32,000 bases of DNA, from assembly GCF_000023965.1 (NCBI RefSeq), contig NC_013202.1:1140001-1172000 (forward strand). Direction: 5' to 3'. A program made the translations under genes and the position numbers. Below, piece by piece: positions 25,245 to 32,000 of the stretch (positions are counted from its first letter, which is position 1; every line of letters begins with the position of its first letter). The notes under the pieces are model-generated. The model did not search any database. It was given only the letters and a program-made list of their open reading frames with translations, and was not told the origin of the DNA. The stretch is from Halomicrobium mukohataei DSM 12286 (GTDB lineage Archaea; Halobacteriota; Halobacteria; Halobacteriales; Haloarculaceae).

Positions 25245-25714
25245 TGTACGACAACATCCTCGTGCCGACGGACGGTAGCGACACGGCCGAAAGCGCAGTC
25301 GAGCACGCGATCGACATCGCCGCGAAGTACGACGCGACGCTACACGCGCTCTACGTCGTCGACATCGACGCGACCAACTACTCGCTGGGCACCGAACAGA
25401 TCGACCGCATCCGTCGGGGCGACCTCGACGAGATGACGGAAGTCACCGACGAGGCCGAGAAGGCCACCGGCTACGTGGTCGACCGGGCGGCCGAGCACGG
25501 TCTGACCGTCGAGGAACACGTCACGGCTGGCCAGCCGGCCCGAGCGATCCGGAAGTTCGTCGAGGACAACGAGATCGACCTCGTCGTGATGGGGTCGCAC
25601 GGCCGGTCGGGGCTCTCGCGAGTCGTCCTGGGCAGCGTCGCCGAGAAGGTGCTGCGCCGGACTCGCCTGCCCGTCCTCGTGGTCGACGCACACGGGGAGG
25701 GCGACGAGGCCTGA
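25244..25714 (+). CDS. universal stress protein (UspA family)
   Basis: MYDNILVPTDGSDTAESAVEHAIDIA...LVVMGSHGRSGLSRVVLGSVAEKVLRRTRLPVLVV. Its ATG overlaps the symporter TGA (TGATG). Confidence 0.9.
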   Translation: MYDNILVPTDGSDTAESAVEHAIDIAAKYDATLHALYVVDIDATNYSLGTEQIDRIRRGDLDEMTEVTDEAEKATGYVVDRAAEHGLTVEEHVTAGQPARAIRKFVEDNEIDLVVMGSHGRSGLSRVVLGSVAEKVLRRTRLPVLVVDAHGEGDEA

Positions 25715-25935
25715 TGGGCGTCCTCGAGACGATCGGCGAACACGTCCGGGAACACCGCTCGGGCATGCTGGTCGACCTGGCCTTCGCCGTGATCTGGGTC
25801 ACGGTCGTGACCCTGCTGTTCGATCTGCTGGCCGGGCCACAGTGGGCCTACTACCTCACGATGGGAGCCGGCGTCCTCGCCTACTACGGCTTCTTCTGGT
25901 CGCTCGCGGCGGCCAGAAGTGAAGGCGAGGGCTGA
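25714..25935 (+). CDS. 73-aa two-helix membrane protein
   Basis: The ATG overlaps the usp TGA (TGATG). There are two hydrophobic stretches (LVDLAFAVIWVTVVTLLFDLL, YYLTMGAGVLAYYGFFWSLAA) and high GC3. Confidence 0.55.
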   Translation: MGVLETIGEHVREHRSGMLVDLAFAVIWVTVVTLLFDLLAGPQWAYYLTMGAGVLAYYGFFWSLAAARSEGEG

Positions 25936-25980
25936 CAGCAGGGAAAGACCCGGTCCAGAAGCAGCAACTGATCGATTGCA

Positions 25981-26288
25981 GACACCGAAAGCCCTCGCGG
26001 CGATTGACCGCTCCGAGACTCGCTGCGCTCCAGCAGGTGCTTGCTTCGTCTGGGAGGGATCAATCGCCACTCGCCCTTCCATCCGCCAGGCAAGTAGTAC
26101 GCCAAACCGGGAGACTCCTGGCGGATGGAAGGGCGAGTGCAGTTCCGGGAACCCGGACCTCACAAGCACCGCAGGAACGAGGAGAGCAGTGTGGGTCCCG
26201 GGAGTCTCGTGAGCGGAGCGAACGAGACCTCGAAAGACGAGCGTAGCGAGTCTTTCGGTGGCGGAACTGCACGAGGGCTTTCGGTGTC
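25981..26288. repeat. nested perfect inverted-repeat element (candidate structured ncRNA or MITE)
   Basis: The outer 17-bp stem pairs 25981-25997 with 26272-26288. Inner stems are 26000-26007/26060-26067, 26068-26090/26117-26139, and 26140-26147/26262-26269, plus three sub-hairpins. No credible CDS. Strand undetermined. Confidence 0.8.
26068..26139. repeat. 23-bp perfect hairpin inside the element
   Basis: CACTCGCCCTTCCATCCGCCAGG (26068-26090) pairs with CCTGGCGGATGGAAGGGCGAGTG (26117-26139) around a 26-nt loop. Confidence 0.85.
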
Positions 26289-26330
26289 CTGTGCCCGATA
26301 TTGACCCATTATCGAATGCCACGCCAGAAA

Positions 26331-26346
26331 GCGGAATCGCTTTTTT
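26331..26346 (+). terminator. short hairpin plus T6 tract, archaeal-style terminator candidate
   Basis: GCG-GAAT-CGC followed by TTTTTT (26341-26346). It is the only oligo-T run between the operon end and srp54. Confidence 0.35.
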
Positions 26347-26452
26347 CCGGCCGGCGTAGTCGGGGGTATGACGCGGCCGCTGTTCGTCCAGTCGCCGTAG
26401 CTCTACGTCCTCTTCGAGACGGCGTGTCTGCTGGCGCTGCGGGAGAGAGGAG

Positions 26453-27859
26453 TCAGTCGCCGAAGGGGCCGCCACCGCCGCCCATTCCGCCCATGCCGCC
26501 GCCGGGGCCGCCGCCCTGCTGTTGCATCTGTTGCATCATGCGTTCCATGTCGCCCTCGCCCATCCCCTGGAACTGGTTGAGCATCTGGTCCATCTGCTTG
26601 TGCTGCTGGAGCAGTTCCCGGATGCGTTCCTCGGGCTTGCCCGATCCGCGGGCGATGCGCTCGGTGCGGGACTGGCCGACGACGCGGGGATTTTCCAGTT
26701 CCTCCTCGGTCATCGAGTCCATGATGACCTCGAAGTCACGCATCCGCTCCTGGGTCACGTCCATGGCGTCGTCGGGCAGCTGGTCCATGAGCCCGCCGCC
26801 CAGCCCGGGGATCATGTCCATCACCTGGTCTAAGGGCCCCATGTTGTTCATCGCCTCCATCTGCTTGCGCATGTCCTTCAGGGTAAAGGAGCCCTCCATC
26901 ATGTCCTCGGGCTCCCAGTCGCCCTCCTCCTCGCCGGTCTCCTCCATCGCGCGCTCGACGCGCTCGGTGAGCTGCTTGAGGTCGCCCATGCCGAGCAGCC
27001 GCGAGATGAACCCCGACGGCTCGAAGCGCTCGATGTCCTTGACCGTCTCGCCGGTCCCGAGGAAGGCGATGGTGGAGTCGGTCTGGTCGACGGCCGCCAG
27101 CGCGCCCCCACCTTTCGCCGTGCCGTCGAGTTTCGTGATCGCGACGCCGTCGATGCCGATGGCGTCCTCGAACTCCTGGGCCTGGTCCTTCGCGGACTGG
27201 CCCATCGCGGCGTCGATCACCAGCAGGTTCCGGTCGGGCTGGACTTCCGCACCGATGCGCTCGATCTGGTCGATCAGCTCCTCGTTGAGCCCGTCACGAC
27301 CGGCGGTGTCGACGATGCGCACGTCGGCGTCTTCCGTCGCCGCCAGCCCCTCGCGAGCGATCTCGACGGGATCGTTCGAGTCCTCGTCGCCGTAGAACTC
27401 GACCTCGGCGTTGTCGGCCATCTGCTTCGACTGGTCGTACGCGCCGGGACGGTCCGTGTCGGTCTGGATCACCGCCGGCCGCAGCCCCTTCTTCGAGAAC
27501 CACCACGCCATCTTTGCCGCGGTCGTAGTCTTCCCCGACCCGTAGAGGCCGGCGAGCATGATCGTCTGGTTCTCCAGCGGGATCTCGGTGGACTCTCCCA
27601 CCAGATCCACCAGTTCCTCGTAGACGATGCGCAAGACCCAGTCTCGCGGGGTCGTGCCGGCGGGCGGTTCCTCGTCTAACGCTCGCGATTTGATACCGTC
27701 AGAGAGGTCCTGGACCAGCCCCACGTCCACGTCCGCTTGCAGCAGCGACCGCTGGATCTCCTTGACGATGTCCTCGATGTCCTCCTCGGAGATGCGGGAC
27801 TTGCCACGGAGATCGTCGAGCGTCCCCCGCAGGGAACTGCCCAGATCGTCGAGTACCAT
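26453..27859 (-). CDS. srp54: signal recognition particle protein Srp54
   Basis: ATG at 27859: [17 protein letters not shown]... with [18 protein letters not shown] and [14 protein letters not shown], and a Met-rich M domain. The track ORF to 28831 is an Arg-rich extension antisense to neighbouring genes. Confidence 0.95.
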   Translation of the reverse strand: MVLDDLGSSLRGTLDDLRGKSRISEEDIEDIVKEIQRSLLQADVDVGLVQDLSDGIKSRALDEEPPAGTTPRDWVLRIVYEELVDLVGESTEIPLENQTIMLAGLYGSGKTTTAAKMAWWFSKKGLRPAVIQTDTDRPGAYDQSKQMADNAEVEFYGDEDSNDPVEIAREGLAATEDADVRIVDTAGRDGLNEELIDQIERIGAEVQPDRNLLVIDAAMGQSAKDQAQEFEDAIGIDGVAITKLDGTAKGGGALAAVDQTDSTIAFLGTGETVKDIERFEPSGFISRLLGMGDLKQLTERVERAMEETGEEEGDWEPEDMMEGSFTLKDMRKQMEAMNNMGPLDQVMDMIPGLGGGLMDQLPDDAMDVTQERMRDFEVIMDSMTEEELENPRVVGQSRTERIARGSGKPEERIRELLQQHKQMDQMLNQFQGMGEGDMERMMQQMQQQGGGPGGGMGGMGGGGGPFGD

Positions 27860-27939
27860 TTGACGGAGATACGCGACCCCGTCGTTAAAGCCTTTGTCTG
27901 CTGGGTCGCCCTCTCGACACCTACATACCCGCGCCGGCC

Positions 27940-28326
27940 GTGTCGCCGGGCGTGGCCTACCACCAGATCGACCCCGACGAGATCGACGCGACCCCGGACT
28001 ACCCCTGTGATCGACGAGCAGTCTCCGACCAAGTGGACACGTCGCTGCTCCACCTCGCGCGCTACACCATGGCCCCCGGCGAGCAGCTCCCTCGCGTCTA
28101 CCACGCACACCGCCAGCGCGAGGAGGCGTTCGTCGTGCTCTCGGGGACCCTCCACGTCGAGACGCCCGACGAGGCGTTCGTCGTCCCCGAGGGCGAGGTG
28201 TTCCTCGCCGAGCCCGAGAGCCCTCATCGGGCGTACAACCCCGACGACGCGGACGAGTCGGTGACTGTGATGGGGACTGGTGCGCCGAAGACCGACCCGG
28301 CGATCCCCTACGACGACGCGGAGTGA
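27940..28326 (+). CDS. cupin-domain protein
   Basis: GTG start. Motifs [15 protein letters not shown]...[17 protein letters not shown] follow the cupin G(X)5HxH...E / ...P.H.N style. Confidence 0.65.
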   Translation: MSPGVAYHQIDPDEIDATPDYPCDRRAVSDQVDTSLLHLARYTMAPGEQLPRVYHAHRQREEAFVVLSGTLHVETPDEAFVVPEGEVFLAEPESPHRAYNPDDADESVTVMGTGAPKTDPAIPYDDAE

Positions 28327-28396
28327 AGCGTCCGGGGTTCTCGGATTCGGCGGGCAAAGAGATGGGCTTTAGTCGCCGCCCCCCACATCCTCGCTC

Positions 28397-29047
28397 ATGA
28401 CGAACAAACAGGCCGTCATGGACAGCATCGTCGACAGCGGCGTCACCGCAGTCATGCGCGGGATTCCCGAGGACGACATCGTCGACGTGGCCGAAGCCAT
28501 CCACGCGGGCGGCGTCACCGCACTCGAACTGACCGCCGACGCCAAGCGTTGCAGCGAGATGATCGCGAAGGTCGACCGCGCGCTGGCGGGCACGGACGCC
28601 GTCATCGGCGCGGGCACCGTCATGGACGGCGCCGCCGCGCGCAACGTCATCGAGGCCGGCGCGGAGTTCGTCCTGGCACCCAATCTCAACGAGGAGGTCA
28701 TGGAAGTGTGCAACCGCGAGAGCGTCGTCGCCATCCCCGGCGTCATGACGCCGACCGAGGCCGACGCGGCGATGGCCGCCGGTGCGGACATCCTGAAGAT
28801 GTTCCCCGCCTCGACCGTCGGCCCGGACCACATCGGCGCGCTCCAGGGCCCGCTCGGTGACGTGCCGATCATGCCGACCGGCGGCGTCTCCGCGGACAAC
28901 GTCGACGACTACTTCGACGCCGGTGCGGTCGCGGTCGGTGCCGGCTCCGCGCTGGTGAACTACGAGGCCATCGAGGCCGGCGACATGGACGGCGTCCGCG
29001 AGCAGGCCGCGGAGTTCGTCCAGGCCGTCGAAGACGCCCGGAACTGA
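28397..29047 (+). CDS. 2-dehydro-3-deoxyphosphogluconate / 4-hydroxy-2-oxoglutarate aldolase (Eda family)
   Basis: VTAVMRG...GGVTALELT...IGAGTV...FVLAPN...IPGVMTPTE...ADILKMFPA...MPTGGV is the collinear KDPG aldolase pattern, including the Schiff-base Lys context. Confidence 0.8.
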   Translation: MTNKQAVMDSIVDSGVTAVMRGIPEDDIVDVAEAIHAGGVTALELTADAKRCSEMIAKVDRALAGTDAVIGAGTVMDGAAARNVIEAGAEFVLAPNLNEEVMEVCNRESVVAIPGVMTPTEADAAMAAGADILKMFPASTVGPDHIGALQGPLGDVPIMPTGGVSADNVDDYFDAGAVAVGAGSALVNYEAIEAGDMDGVREQAAEFVQAVEDARN

Positions 29048-29103
29048 TCGCCGACGGCTCTCGTCGACGCGGAGACCGCGTAAAAGACAGAGTGCCGGCA
29101 GCG

Positions 29104-30207
29104 TCAGGCGTCGAGCAGCCGGTCGACGACTTCTTCCGGATCGAACCGTTCGAGATCGTCGTACCCCTGGCCGGTGCCCAGGAAGAGGATCGGTTTCCCG
29201 GTGACGTGTGCGATCGAGATCGCCGCCCCGCCCTGTGGATCGGCGTCGGCTTTCGTCAACACCGCGCCGTCGATCTCGGCGGCCTCGTCGAACTCGCGGG
29301 CCCGGTTGACGGCGTCCTGTCCCGCGACTGCCTCGTCGACGAAGATGGTCATGTCCGGATCGATCACGCGGTCGATCTTCTCCAGTTGGGCCATCAGATC
29401 GTCCGAGGTGTGGAGCCGGCCGGCCGTGTCGCCCAGCACCACGTCGGTGTCGTTGGCCTCGGCGTACTCGACGGCGTCGTAGATCACCGCGGCCGGGTCC
29501 GACCCCTGTTCGTGCGAGATCAGCGTCCGATCGAGGTTGTCGGCGTGCTTCTGGAGCTGTTCGTTCGCGCCCGCGCGGTAGGTGTCGCCGTTGGCGAGTA
29601 CGGTCGAGAGCCCCTGTCCTTCGAGCCGTTCTGAGAGCTTGGCGATGGTCGTCGTCTTCCCGACGCCGTTGACGCCGGTGAAGATGATGACGACCGGCTT
29701 GTCGGCCGCTCGAATCCGCTGCTCGAAGTCGAACTGGCCGACGCTGATCACGTCGTACAGCGACTCGCGGAGCGCGTCACGGACGAGATTCCCCGTACTG
29801 GAGAGCCGACGGCGCGTCTCGCCGACGAGGTTCTCCTCGACGCCCGAGAGGATCTCTCCGGCGACGCCCATCTCCACGTCGCTGGAGAGCAGAGCGAGCT
29901 CCAGATCGTCGAGGTGGTCCTGGAGGTCCTCCTCGTCGATGATCGACTTGCCGGTGGCGAGGATCTTGGCTTTCTCGGTCAGGCCACGGTCGTCCTCTTC
30001 CGACGCATCGTCCGTGTCGGCCGCCGGAGCGTCCGCCGTGGCCGCGTCCTCTGTGGGAGCGGCGTCCGTCTGTTGGGCACCGCTCTCGGGTGCCGCGCTG
30101 TCGGCCTCGGCAGCGTCTTCCTCGATGGCCTCCTGTGCCTCGTCGTCGACGTCTTCCTCGACGTCGGAGGTGAAGCTACCGAGCTTGTCTTTCAGTCCGT
30201 CGAACAT
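29104..30207 (-). CDS. ftsY: signal recognition particle receptor FtsY
   Basis: An acidic N-terminal region is followed by the NG domain: [40 protein letters not shown]. Confidence 0.95.
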   Translation of the reverse strand: MFDGLKDKLGSFTSDVEEDVDDEAQEAIEEDAAEADSAAPESGAQQTDAAPTEDAATADAPAADTDDASEEDDRGLTEKAKILATGKSIIDEEDLQDHLDDLELALLSSDVEMGVAGEILSGVEENLVGETRRRLSSTGNLVRDALRESLYDVISVGQFDFEQRIRAADKPVVIIFTGVNGVGKTTTIAKLSERLEGQGLSTVLANGDTYRAGANEQLQKHADNLDRTLISHEQGSDPAAVIYDAVEYAEANDTDVVLGDTAGRLHTSDDLMAQLEKIDRVIDPDMTIFVDEAVAGQDAVNRAREFDEAAEIDGAVLTKADADPQGGAAISIAHVTGKPILFLGTGQGYDDLERFDPEEVVDRLLDA

Positions 30208-30214
30208 CGGCCCC

Positions 30215-30673
30215 TTACTCGTCGTCGCCTTCTTCCTGCTGTTGCATCATCTGCTGCATCTGCTGTTGTTGCATCTGCTGGGCCTGCTGTTGCATCTTCT
30301 CGGCCTCGGTCTCGAGCTCGGCGATGTCGGATTCGAGGTCCTCGATGCGGTCGTCGATGGTGTCTTGCTTCGTTTCGAGGCTGTCGATGGCTCCGGCTTC
30401 CGCGCGCTCTGCGGCGTAGCCGCCACCGAGCGAGACGATGACCTCGTCGATGTCCTGAATCTCGGCGCGGAGGTAGGCGTCGCCACCCAGCGGGACCTGC
30501 ACCGTGTCGCCGCTGTCGAGCGTCTCGATGGCCTCGATGGCCTCGTCGATCTCGGTCTGCTCGTTGCGCAGGGACTCGATCTCCTCTTCGATGGCTTCCT
30601 GCTCCTGTTCGATCTGTTCGATCTCCTGCTGGATCTGCTGCATCTGGCCGCCACCGCCGCCACCGCCCATCAT
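30215..30673 (-). CDS. pfdA: prefoldin alpha subunit
   Basis: Coiled-coil/beta-hairpin/coiled-coil layout ([15 protein letters not shown]...[12 protein letters not shown]), in the conserved position between rplX and ftsY. It has unusual Gly/Gln/Met-rich termini. Confidence 0.85.
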   Translation of the reverse strand: MMGGGGGGGQMQQIQQEIEQIEQEQEAIEEEIESLRNEQTEIDEAIEAIETLDSGDTVQVPLGGDAYLRAEIQDIDEVIVSLGGGYAAERAEAGAIDSLETKQDTIDDRIEDLESDIAELETEAEKMQQQAQQMQQQQMQQMMQQQEEGDDE

Positions 30674-30843
30674 TGTGCCACCTCGCTGATCTCGACCTGC
30701 GTGCGCTTGAGGCCGTGCTCCGAGCCGAAGGCGGCGAACGCTCGGTCTCGCGCGACGTTCTCGTTCGGTGCTTCGACCGTCTTCTCGAAGGGCTGGTTGC
30801 CGTCACGGGATTCGAACGTCCCGGTGACCGTAAATTCACTCAT
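30670..30843 (-). CDS. rplX: 50S ribosomal protein LX / L18Ae (not in the ORF track, 57 aa)
   Basis: [57 protein letters not shown]. Its stop overlaps the pfdA start (ATGA). The conserved archaeal gene order is eif6-rplX-pfdA-ftsY. Confidence 0.75.
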   Translation of the reverse strand: MSEFTVTGTFESRDGNQPFEKTVEAPNENVARDRAFAAFGSEHGLKRTQVEISEVAQ

Positions 30844-31016
30844 GCCTCTGGATGCGGCGGGGATAGGGAAGTATCTTCTCCTTGCGCGACAGCGAACGGG
30901 CGTCGCCGATCGATTCGCGCCCAGCGCACGGCGTTCGTCTGAGACTGACGGTACGTGCGAAACGGTGTGGCCAGAGCGCCACCAAGAGAACGGCAGAGCC
31001 GATCGCCGACGGAAAA

Positions 31017-31682
31017 CTAGTCGATGTATCCCAGTGCGTCCTCGATCCGACCCAGCTCCGGACCGGACGTGTCGTCGCCGACGACGTAGCCGTTGGTGTT
31101 TGCCAGCAGGCCAGAGCCCACCAGCGGTCCGCCGTAGTTGACCGTTCCAATGTCGGCGGGCACGCCCAGGAGCGCTTCGAGGGCGTCGAGCTCCGGGTCC
31201 GTCGACTTGGGGTGACAGAGGACGCCGCGGTTCGTCGCGACGGCGGCGGTCCCGACAGTCTCGACGTCGGCGAGCGTCCCCCGCTCGACCGGCACGTCGA
31301 GTGCGTCCTCGACGACCGAGACGGCTTCGTCCGAGAGATTCGCGTGGACGTACGCACCGGTGTCGTTACAGAGCACCACGTTCCCGGCGGCGTTGATCCG
31401 GCCGGGGAGTTCGTAGACCGGGAGGTCGACGGCGTCGATGATCCGGTCGATCTCCCGGTCGCGGACGCGACTGGAGACGAGGAGTCCGTTCTCGTTGCCG
31501 GTCGCGAGTGCTCCGACGGTGCCGGAGCCGCCGACGTTAGTCGGGACGACCGGCACGTCGAGTTCGGCACCGAGTGCGTCCTGTAGCGACTGCTCGATGT
31601 CGGGGCGAACCAGCAGACAGTCGTCCGTCGCCCGTGCGAAGACACCGACGTACGACGAACCCGAGAAGGCCGCGCGGAGCAA
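31017..31682 (-). CDS. eif6: translation initiation factor 6 (aIF6)
   Basis: (M)[20 protein letters not shown]...[11 protein letters not shown]...[15 protein letters not shown]...[14 protein letters not shown]. The apparent start is TTG at 31682, 3 nt after the rpl31e stop. Confidence 0.9.
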   Translation of the reverse strand: MLRAAFSGSSYVGVFARATDDCLLVRPDIEQSLQDALGAELDVPVVPTNVGGSGTVGALATGNENGLLVSSRVRDREIDRIIDAVDLPVYELPGRINAAGNVVLCNDTGAYVHANLSDEAVSVVEDALDVPVERGTLADVETVGTAAVATNRGVLCHPKSTDPELDALEALLGVPADIGTVNYGGPLVGSGLLANTNGYVVGDDTSGPELGRIEDALGYID

Positions 31683-31685
31683 GAT

Positions 31686-31964
31686 TTACTCTGCAGTCTC
31701 GGCTTCCACGACGTTCTCGCCCTCTTCGTCGAATCGGGCGGCGCGTACGCGGAGCTTGCTCGGCGGGTTCGACCGACCGCGTTCCCAGATCGCTTCGTTG
31801 ATCGATGGGTCGAGGCGGACGGCGTCCTCGTCGACGGCGAAGTGCTTCGCGAGGTGTTCGCGGACGATGGACATCGCCTTGTCTGCCTTCTTGTGGTTCG
31901 CTTCTGCGTCTGCGTCGCGGAGCGGAACGGTGACGACCCGTTCCTCGAAGTCGTTAGCGCTCAT
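31686..31964 (-). CDS. rpl31e: 50S ribosomal protein L31e
   Basis: MSANDFEERVVTVPLRDA...KADKAMSIVREHLAKHF...VRLDPSINEAIWERGRSNPPSKLRVRA. Confidence 0.9.
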   Translation of the reverse strand: MSANDFEERVVTVPLRDADAEANHKKADKAMSIVREHLAKHFAVDEDAVRLDPSINEAIWERGRSNPPSKLRVRAARFDEEGENVVEAETAE

Positions 31965-32000
31965 TATTCGTCAGTGTTGCCTCGTCGCCAGTTGCGACGC
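31964..32000 (-). CDS. rpl39e: 50S ribosomal protein L39e, 3' end only (5' end outside the window)
   Basis: The minus strand reads ...RRNWRRGNTDE followed by TAA. The stop shares one base with the rpl31e ATG (TAATG). The C-terminal pattern HWRR.DTDE is typical of L39e. Confidence 0.6.
   Translation of the reverse strand, partial: RRNWRRGNTDE

Noticed and set aside
26011-26260. CRISPR-like array, because a short motif (GAGCGNAGCGA, GAGACTC) recurs several times
   Set aside because: The copies are 11 nt or shorter, irregularly spaced (about 96, 92 and 46 nt), in mixed orientation and embedded in mutually complementary sequence. There are no cas genes and no uniform repeat-spacer periodicity.
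25981-26288. SRP (7S) RNA, suggested by the ~300-nt size, paired ends, a GGAA loop followed by GAGAGCAG, and the location next to srp54
   Set aside because: It lacks the archaeal Alu-domain UGUAAC-type motif and the helix-8 consensus (AGGNCC-GGAA-GGNAGCA). The topology is a four-way junction of three side-by-side domains, not Alu domain plus long helix 5 with helices 6 and 8. I also saw no RNase P core motifs (GAGGAAAGUCC / GGGUGAAA-like).
27860-28831. N-terminal extension of srp54 (track 26453..28831)
   Set aside because: Canonical Srp54 begins at [10 protein letters not shown] (27859). The upstream part is Arg-rich and antisense to the cupin and KDPG aldolase genes.
29582-31141. 519-aa plus-strand ORF
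   Set aside because: It is antisense to ftsY, pfdA and rplX, all of which have strong family signatures. The translation is Ser/Leu-rich low complexity.

Overview
High-GC (about 67-70% by eye), acidic-proteome archaeal DNA, almost certainly a haloarchaeon: it carries eIF6, L31e, L39e, LX, prefoldin and Taw1, plus many Tat/lipobox proteins. The core left arm (1-10742) holds an NMD3-like 3' end, a PQQ-propeller lipoprotein, a Trm5/Taw2-type methyltransferase, two tandem paralogous lipoproteins with a micro-ORF between them, an XPD/Rad3-like Fe-S helicase, another lipoprotein, a small CxxC protein, radical-SAM Taw1 and a hypothetical protein. Positions ~10745-23090 are a mosaic low-GC island lying in a divergent promoter gap. 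It contains a frameshifted IS1595-type transposase, a ~35-40% GC module (two sulfatase-like alkaline-phosphatase-superfamily proteins and a Wzx-like flippase) and an IS6 transposase remnant. It continues with a ~55% GC dTDP-rhamnose module (rmlC, rmlA, an unlisted 59-aa zinc-ribbon ORF, rmlD on the opposite strand, rmlB, a Nudix gene), a decayed nucleotidyltransferase pseudogene, an apparently intact IS5-type element and unassignable remnants. The core right arm holds a translationally coupled DUF4212/sodium-solute symporter/Usp/small-membrane-protein operon. Next come a ~308-nt gene-free element of nested perfect inverted repeats (candidate structured RNA or MITE), srp54, a cupin, KDPG aldolase, and the conserved archaeal rpl39e-rpl31e-eif6-rplX-pfdA-ftsY cluster. 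Product calls come from motif recognition by eye, and no database search was run. Many long ORFs in the track are antisense or upstream-extension artefacts of high GC.
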